Shown in pieces: positions 51,901 to 60,800 of a DNA stretch of 64,000 bases. A model generated the notes under the pieces. It saw nothing but the letters and a program-made list of their open reading frames with translations. It was not told where the DNA came from and did not search any database. The DNA comes from Phyllobates terribilis (lineage: Eukaryota). The stretch spans positions 401,884,001-401,948,000 of the forward strand of contig NW_027362769.1 of NCBI RefSeq assembly GCF_046119375.1. The letters are read 5' to 3'. Both the position numbers and the translations under genes were made by a program. Within the stretch, counting starts at the first letter, position 1. The number at the start of each line of letters is the position of its first letter.

Positions 51901-54900
51901 GGGAATGTACTGTGGGGACATCATACTGTGTGTGGAGGAATGTACTGTGAGGACATCATACTGTGTGTGGAGGAATGTACTGTGAGGACATCATACTGTG
52001 TGTGGGGGGAATGTACTGTGAGGACATCATACTGTGTGTGGGGGGGAATGTACTGTGAGGACATCATACTGTGTGTGGGGGAATGTACTGTGGGGACATT
52101 ATACTGTGTGTGGGGGAATGTACTGTGAGGATATCATACTGTGTGTGGAGGAATGTACTGTGGGGACATTATACTGTGTGGGGGAATGTACTGTGAGGAC
52201 ATTATACTGTGTGGGGAATGTACTGTGGGGACATCATACTGTGTGTGGGGGAATGTACTGTGAGGACATTATACTGTGTGGGGGAATGTACTGTGGGGAC
52301 ATCATACTGTGTGTGGGGGAATGTACTGTGAGGACATCATACTGTGTGGGGAATGTACTGTGAGAACATCATACTGTGTGTGGGGAATGTACTGTGAGGA
52401 CATCATACTGTGTATGGGGGAATGTACTGTGAGGACATCATACTGTGTATGGGGGAATGTACTGTGGGGACATTATACTGTGTGTGGAGGAATGTACTGT
52501 GAGGACATCATACTGTGTGTGGGGGGAATGTACTGTGGGGGCATCATACTGTGTGTGGGGGAATGTACTGTGAGGACATCATACTGTGTGTGGGGGAATG
52601 TACTGTGAGGACATCATACTGTGTGTGGGGAATGTACTGTGAGGACATCATACTGTGTATGGGGGAATGTACTGTGAGGACATCATACTGTGTATGGGGG
52701 AATGTACTGTGAGGACATCATACTGTGTATGGGGGAATGTACTGTGGGGACATTATACTGTGTGTGGAGGAATGTACTGTGGGGACATTATACTGTGTGT
52801 GGAGGAATGTACTGTGAGGACATCATACTGTGTGTGGGGGGAATGTACTGTGGGGGCATCATACTGTGTGTGGGGGAATGTACTGTGAGGACATCATACT
52901 GTGTGTGGGGGAATGTACTGTGAGGACATCATACTGTGTGTGGGGGAATGTACTGTGAGGACATCATACTGTGTGTGGGGGAATGTACTGTGAGGACATC
53001 ATACTGTGTGTGGGGGAATGTACTGTGAGGACATCATACTGTGTGTGGAGGAATGTACTGTGAGGACATCATACTGTGTGTGGGGAATGTACTGTGGGGG
53101 CATCATACTGTGTGTGGGGGAATGTACTGTGAGGACATCATACTGTGTGTGGGGGGAATGTAGTGTGGAGACATCATACTGTGTGTGGAGGAATGTACTG
53201 TGGGGACATCATACTGTGTGTGGGGGGAATGTACTGTGGGGGCATCATACTGTGTGTGGAGGAATGTACTGTGAGGACATCATACTGTGTGTGGGGAAAG
53301 TACTGTGGGGACATCATACTGTGTGGGGGGGGTGTACTGGGGGGACATCATACTGTGTGTGGGGGAATGTACTGTGAGGACATCATACTGTGTGTGGGGC
53401 AAGTACTGTGGGGACATCATACTGTGTGGGGGGGGATGTACTGTGAGGACATCATACTGTGTGTGGAGGAATGTACTGTGAGGACATCATACTGTGTGTG
53501 GAGGAATGTACTGTGAGGACATCATACTGTGTGGGGGGGGATGTATTGTGGGGACATCATACCATGTGAGTGTGGGGGAAATGTAGTGTGGGGACATCAT
53601 ACTGTGTGAGTGTGGGGGAAATGTAGTGTGGGGACATCATACTGTGTGAGTGGGGGAAATGTAGTGTGGGGACATCATACTGTGTGTGTGGGGGGGGAAT
53701 ATAGTGTGGGGACATCTTGCTGTGTGTGGGGGGGATGTAGTGTGGGGATATCATACTGTGTGTGGAGGAATGTACTGTGAGGACATCATACTGTGTGTGG
53801 AGGAATGTACTGTGAGGACATCATACTGTGTGGGGGGGGATGTACTGTGGGGACATCATACCATGTGAGTGTGGGGGAAATGTAGTGTGGGGACATCATA
53901 CTGTGTGAGTGTGGGGGAAATGTAGTGTGGGGACATCATACTGTGTGAGTGGGGGAAATGTAGTGTGGGGACATCATACTGTGTGTGTGGGGGGGGGAAT
54001 ATAGTGTGGGGACATCTTGCTGTGTGTGGGGGGGATGTAGTGTGGGGATATCATACTGTGTGTGTGTGGGGGGAATGTAGTATGGAGACATCTTGCTGTG
54101 TGTGGGGGAATATAGTGTGGGGACATCTTGCTGTGCGTGGGGGAATGTAGTGTGGGGACATCTTGCTGTGCGTGGGGGAATGTAGTGTGAGGACATCTTG
54201 CTGTGCGCGGGGGAATGTAGTGGGGGGACATCATACTGTGTGTGTGGGGGAATGTAGTGTGGGGACATTGCTGTGTGTGGGGGAATGTAGTGTGGGGACA
54301 TCTTGCTGTGTGGGGGAATGTAGTGTGGGGACATCTTGCTGTGCGTGGGGGAATGTAGTGTGGGGACATCTTGCTGTGCGCGGGGGAATGTAGTGGGGGA
54401 CATTATACTGTGTGTGTGTGGGGGGAATGTAGTGTGGGGACATCATACTGTGTGGGGGGAATGTAGTGTGGGGACATCAAACTGTGTGGGGGGAATGTAG
54501 TGTGGGGACATCTTGCTGTGTGGGGGAATGTAGTTTGGGGACATCTTGCTGTGCGTGGGGGAATGTAGTGTGGGGAAATCTTGCTGTGCGCGGGGGAATG
54601 TAGTGGGGGGACATTATACTGTGTGTGTGTGGGGGGAATGTAGTGTGGGGACATCATACTGTGTGGGGGGAATGTAGTGTGGGGACATCACCCTGTGGGT
54701 GGGAGGTGGTAAAATGTACTGCTGTGATGGGGCTCTGTGACTTCTAGTTACACATCCTGTACATTGCATTGGCGGTGTAGGATAATGAGTGCAGCCAGTT
54801 CTTTGAGGTTGTACCCAGCAGGAGCCGCTGTGTTCTTGGCTGTAATGTGATTGTATGATCCACGTGTTGTAATAAAACTATTCTTGTTTTCTGTGGGAAC

Positions 54901-55694
54901 TCACCGGTCATAGTTGTACAGCCGCGCAGGAAGGAATTCATCTCAGCTGCATCCTCATGGATCTGTAATCCTCCGCTGTAAATTATAACAATATATAATG
55001 GAATCATAAATCTTAGTAGACTAATCCAAGAGAAAGAGACATTTATGAGGGCCCCTCTAGCAGTGTGATGGTGCCCACCCCCTCCCCCAGGATCCAGTTT
55101 AATATCACATGATTTACCAGTGCACCAACACGGGAACGGTGAGATCTGTGGAGTTAGGTTCCAAATCCGTCTCCTCCACTTTCTCTACCAGGTCTTCATA
55201 TTCAGTGAGTTTTGCCACTGGCTCATCCAGGGGGAGGAAGGTTCCTGAGAAGGAAGGAATTAAGGATGAGGCTGCAGATCTCATTACCACCATTGTAATA
55301 TCCATAGAAGGAAGAACTACAAGACGTAAGAGCGAGGACGTCACCGATCTGGTGGAGTCTGGGACAGGACCTTCTCACCGAGCTGAGCGTAGACTGTGGG
55401 TATTTCCCTGTAGCCCACGTACATCATGCCTCTGTTGTCCGCTATGGTGATGTTGGGGGTGAGCTGGTACGTCTTCCTGACCACGGTGGGCTTATCGCTG
55501 GCGTGCATGACGTATTCTCCTCCCTCCAGGACATACTTACAGGAGTTGATCAGCATTGACTTCCCAGATCCCACCGTGCCAAACAGCTGAAGTAGCACCC
55601 GCCGGTAGCCCTGATTACCGTGCACGCCGCCCTCCAGGCTGAAGTCACGGATATACTTCAACATTTCATCCACGGACATCTGCGGGTTTTGCAT
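33943..55694 (-). CDS. IFI44-like P-loop NTPase/GTPase (no TLDc domain seen), 4 exons, 279 aa
   Basis: Exons (minus): 55379-55694, 55118-55244, 54905-54975, 33943-34268 = 840 nt, phases compatible. Walker A GTVGSGKS (55557-55580) after a hydrophobic strand RVLLQLF; DxxG motif IADNRG; G4-like strand PIIIITRK; C-terminal VLVENY..E....D.AILTFL pattern as in IFI44/IFI44L; basic helical tail. Confidence 0.72.
34470..34850. repeat. ~90-bp tandem repeat (~4.5 copies) of a common frog interspersed satellite
   Basis: TTATCAGTCATT...GAGCTGTGACATC...TTATCTACTGTATATAGAGG recurs about every 90 bp. Confidence 0.85.
35245..35345. repeat. 19-bp tandem repeat (GCGCACACAGTACAGAGAA)x5
   Basis: Direct observation. 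Confidence 0.9.
35398..35500 (+). mobile_element. 5'-truncated SINE tail, same family as 31252-31515
   Basis: TAGATTGTGAGCCCCAATGGGGACAGTGATGATAATGTCTGTAAAGCGCTGTGGAATTAATGGCGCTATATAAG...AATAAATAAA. Confidence 0.7.
35560..54690. repeat. ~19-kb minisatellite, ~35-bp unit (GGGAATGTACTGTGRGGACATCATACTGTGTGTGG), with higher-order structure; intronic in the IFI44-like gene
   Basis: Unit length is 33-37 bp, varying through (GT)n and (G)n slippage. A non-unit module is inserted at 35571, 40442, 45586, 46175, 46627 and 47465. A diverged subtype occurs at 53550-54690. Confidence 0.97.
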
Positions 55695-55724
55695 TTTCTC
55701 AAGACACTTTTTGTAATGAACAAG

Positions 55725-55736
55725 GAAAATGAAAGT
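55725..55736 (+). promoter_or_regulatory. ISRE/IRF-E-like element GAAAATGAAAGT just upstream of the IFI44-like ATG
   Basis: Matches the GAAANNGAAAST consensus, 31-42 nt upstream of the ATG at 55694. It also overlaps the minus-strand polypyrimidine tract, so it may be coincidental. Confidence 0.4.
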
Positions 55737-57893
55737 GTTCAGAGTTCAGGGCGCGGCCGTCGCCTGCGAACATAATCCGTGACGAATAATGAAGGACGCA
55801 CCCACTGCCTGCTGAAGAATACCAGCTCATCATCTGCCGACAACCAGCCTGGATACATGAGAGGTTTTGAGCCGCCCCCCGGTGATCACATCACTGATAT
55901 AATTACATTGTGATAGAAATAATGGAAGAGAGACACAAAACGGGAAACTTGTATTTTTTTTTTTTTGTATGTTTTTAGTAATTTTTTTTTTATTTTTCAT
56001 TGTTATTCAGAGACGAACCAGATCTAGCGCTAGAACCTTTTAATAAACCAAAACCTCTAATAATAACTTCAACTACTTCGGTATGATGCACATTTAGTGC
56101 AGATTATTGATTTCTACTCCTTTCATGGATTTCCTGAAGTTCGCGATGACGTCACCGCGGGATGAAGTGAAGACGGCGGCGGTTATAGATTCTGCTCTAT
56201 TTTTCTTTTTGTACTCAACACCGATCCCTGCAGTATATATGCGGAATAACCTCGTGTGACGGATCAACCCCGTACTCCAAGATTTTGCCACATGGGGGTT
56301 GTCGTAGCGCCTATGTAGCTAATGGGACATAATGTTATAAAGTGGGGTGAATATTGTGGATTACATATTGTTGGACATTCTGTGATGTGACCGAAGCACT
56401 CTTGGCCCCCACCTTCCTGTGCTCACTTAGCAGTGGCAAACAGACAATGTGCTGATTAATGGGTTGTTGCATAACTGCTGTCTGGGAGCCTACTGTGGGG
56501 ATTATTTGGTGAGAACAATGGGTGCTAAAAATAGCCTGTGTGATTCTCTATAAAACCTGCTTGTGAGAATAAAAGTTTACTTCATCTTGGAGACACTGTG
56601 CGATAGTCCTATTTTATATATCCCAGTGTAAGAAAAGCCTTTCCATGTCAGGGGCCTGCAGAAGAAGATTGGACATCTGCGGATGGGGTAACTAGCTCCT
56701 GTCACACCTCGTTACCTACAGAAGGATCCTCCCCGCTCTCCAGCTCAGATGACATGATGCCTTGCTGCACTTCTATGTGGCGGATTGCATGTTACATTGG
56801 TGACAATGACACCTGCACCTGTGTCTAAACCAGCCGGCGACTGGCACTGGGGATAGCGGAGGGATCGTCTGTCCATCAGGGTTTTCATATGTGACTGGAC
56901 ATGGAGGTTTCCTCAACTCATATTGGGCAGGGATTAGAGATGAGCATTTCTATTCAATGCGAGTCAAATGTGTTGAATTTGGACTATAGTAGCCTGTATA
57001 AAAGCAGAGGCAGGGAATGCAGCTGCAGTTTTGTACTAAGTCTTGATAGTGAGAACACATCAGTCCGAAAAAAACAGAACAATCTAGTAAAGATTAATGC
57101 GTTAGGAAAGGAATAATAGAGAATTGATAAGTAGAGAGCGGACAGCGGTGATGAATCACGGTGATTATAGTGCAGTTGCTGCATTTTAGTTACGTTTTTT
57201 TCATTCTTCATGCAGAGGTAATCCAGCAATATTGCTAAAGGGAAAAAAAAATCTCACTGAAAGTCTGCGCACGTCACAAAAGTCTGAACCGTGCGTGTCA
57301 CCTGCTCATTTTGACATACACACTTCCGACACCAATACTTGCCAAAAAGGAATTATCACCACCTAAAACATCGCTTTTTACATTCACGCCCCCTGTATAA
57401 CACTGGCACAGCGGGGTTCTGCCTTTCCCCAAAAGGGATAATTTTTAAAAAGCTTAAACCCCTCTCAGTGCATCGTGTTATCAGACGAGCTGTTAGCACC
57501 GGTCTGCATCCGTTTATCCCGAGCCACATGGAGGTCACGTAGACAATACAAAACCTGTAATTGCGTGAATAATAGGGGTTGGATTGAGGGTGACACGTCT
57601 TCTCCGGGCACAAGGAGGCTTTTTGTAGTATTTGAACTTTATGGCAAATCGATTCCTGTTAAATCAATTGTTTCAAAAAATGCGGCAAAACCGGAGAATT
57701 CCAACATTCTAAAGATTCACTCGTGTAAATCGGAGATGGTTGACCATCGTTGTTCGATGGCCGATGTCTGGTATTTTTAAAAGGTTTCCAATAACAGATA
57801 TATTCTAATCTCTAATTAGTGCGATTCATCCTCATCGGCTTTGGGTACAGACCCATCGTTTATCACCGGCTCCTTCCTTCGTAGATGTTTTCT

Positions 57894-60800
57894 TTATTTC
57901 TCCTCCGTTACTTTCTTCTCATCTCCGGTGAACAGGAACACATCGGTGGCCAACGACTTGAGTTTGGGCTGTTCCTTCAGGATCTCATTCTTCCTCTCTT
58001 CACTACTGTCCTTCAGGTCATCGATCACCACAATCACGTTCTTCTTTTCTGTTTTTTCGGAAACATATTCTCTCGTTAAAACAAAATTACTTATTATAAA
58101 AAAGAGGAGAAAAAAGAATCAAAGGATTAGAGACCAATATTACCGCTATATAAGATTATTAAATACCACCCCACGATGACTACATAATACCATGGTATAG
58201 TAACTGGATAATGCCGTAATACCGATCTTTTAAGGGATTGTCCACCCCTGAATAATATTCAGCAAGCCATGCAGGTTGCTGAATCCCAGTAGTAGGATTC
58301 GGCTCTGCTTGCCGATCCAGCCGGTATGTGAGCAGAGCCGAACCCCAATGGTGTGTGTTCCTCAGACACCGCTAGGATACAGACAGCTGCATTGTTTGCC
58401 TCAACTTCACTCACAGATGTACAATCCTTTTAATAAATATGAATGTACCAATATCGATATTTGCATCAATATTGCCATTAATAAAGAAATAATAGCGCCA
58501 GACAACAACCAGCATATACTATAGTGCTAATACTGATCATTAATCACTGTACTAGGGCTGATATCACCATCATACAGTGACCATATAATGGTAATAGTTC
58601 AGTGCTCTGTACAGATAAATCCAGTGGTGCGCGCTGATCATAGTTATTCACTTTCCCTTTTGTTTTCCATTCGGCCCAGACCACCATGACCACTTCTCCA
58701 CTTCTTCCATCCATAACTCGGCCCAGCAGAATGTACATTGGCTTCCTGCTTTTCCCAGCTGCTATAACCAGTGCCCTACACAGTAATAATGCCATTCTAG
58801 GACCTGCACAGTAATTGTACCCTCCTTTTGTGCCCCACACAATCATAATGTTATTAATTTGGGGATTGATTTATTTTACGTCATTTAGAAGTCCCTCCGG
58901 TTTATTCCGGCCTCAGAGCCGTCTTTGCTTTTAATTTTTCCTCTTCACTATTTTTTTCATGTTCTCATTGTATCAGAGATTGTTTGTTTTTTTTTCTATC
59001 ACAGATTTCATTGTTATCATCACCATTTTGGTGTCTTTATGATCTCTTTTTATTCCATTTTTTGGGAGGCAAAGTACTCTCCAAAAAACAGCAATTCTGA
59101 TGGTTTCCTTTTTATTTATTTTGGCGTTCACTGTATGGGGTGAATATTATGATATTTCATTAGTTTGGCCAATTACGAACGATAGCAAATAAATGGTATT
59201 TGTCCCTCTAGGGTACGTGAACCAGGGGTCACCTGATCGATTGTAATATTGCAGTGGATTATAAAACACCCGACCTCCTGTGGCTCGGCGTCATAGGTGG
59301 CGGACGCAGTAGCCTTCACTAGACCCCTCTCCTGTGCACCTCGGAGGTGTCTCTATGGCTGCCTCCTTGTACCAGTCCATCCTCTCCCACGGTCTCCCAT
59401 CACTATCTCTTACCCAGCTTTGCGAACAGTTCTTTTAGCTCCTCGTCGTACAGAGAGTCTGTGATGTCCGTGAGATTGACTCGTCCTCTGTTCTGGGTAT
59501 GATACAGGATCCCAAAGTCACACCTCGACACGTTCCCCGAAAACTCTGGTAACCCGTTGTTGGAGATGTAATAAGGCCGGACGCTCTTTACAAAGGACTC
59601 AGATTCCAGCATTCTCTTCAGCCAATCATATTCACTCTCCGCTGACCTCGAAAAAATCCCAACTTTTACCTTGTGAAAATAAGAACGTAAAAACCATTGT
59701 AACTGTATAGAAAGTCAATCACTGACTGTATAGAAAGTCAATCACTGACTGCATAGAAAGAAACCCAGTGATTTCTTCTTATTGTCATGGGATCATTGAG
59801 TCTCTGGAAAAACGCTTGCCTAAGGCAAAAATGAAGTAACTAGGGTGTAATAGAAAAACAGACAAAGAAAAAAAACCCAGAATAAAATGTAACTTTTAAA
59901 AGATATTTTAAAAGGCCGACTAATTGGTCACAGAATGGACAAACACCATAAAAATGTCGGTGCAACAAAGGGTAATGATCAGGGGTACGATGAAATAATG
60001 TCATTCAGGCTGGCCCTAGATGTCCCTAAATAAACTAGGACCCTACCTGACAGCGGACGCTTATCACCCTAGCGAGACGGTTTGGTGTCCCCGCTCCACG
60101 TCGGCTGTCCCTTGATTGCCCTATTAGGCCCTCGCACCAGACATACATTAACTAAATATTACTTGGCAAAATTTTTTATCCTATGCAGTGGTACTGCCCA
60201 GGTCACGGCCAGATATCTATACACATGTAATGGGGTGCTAAACATAGTTCAAACTCAATCAAGAGATAAAAACAGAAATAATCAATGATCTCAGAAAAGC
60301 AAATAAACACCTTTTATGATCTGTCATCGGATTATGTGCATTCGCGCCCCACTATACATGTCTGTGTTAGTGGGACCTTATTGTAGGGAGTAACGCCAGT
60401 TTGGGGATTAATTCCTTACCCCACAATGGTAGTTACGTTGTTTGAACGCATTTACGCTCCAGGTTAGGTGGCTAGCTGCGCATTGGTTCGCGCGGGTTGG
60501 GGGCATGACCGGAAGTTACGTGACCGGACGTCTCGTTACTGGAACGCAGCTGCGCTCCACCAGGACGCAGCGGTGACACATCAAGTGTCTCATTGGGCAC
60601 AAGGGTATCACTGCTCTCCTCGGATATGACCTCTAGACTCCTGATTCTAATTGGTGGGTGGATTTTTGGCGCGTGATCACGGCTATATGAATGGGGATGT
60701 CTGCTACAATGTTGAATCAGCCATTTGCTCTGATGGTCCATGGCAGATACACTGATACTGCCGATGCTCCTATTATGGTGTTTCTCCTAATCTGTCCCCT

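Noticed and set aside
35560-54690. CRISPR-like appearance (~35-bp repeats with leader-like modules) and dozens of Cys-rich ORFs
   Set aside because: The units are directly adjacent with no unique spacers, there are no cas genes and the context is eukaryotic. The ORFs are repeat artefacts.
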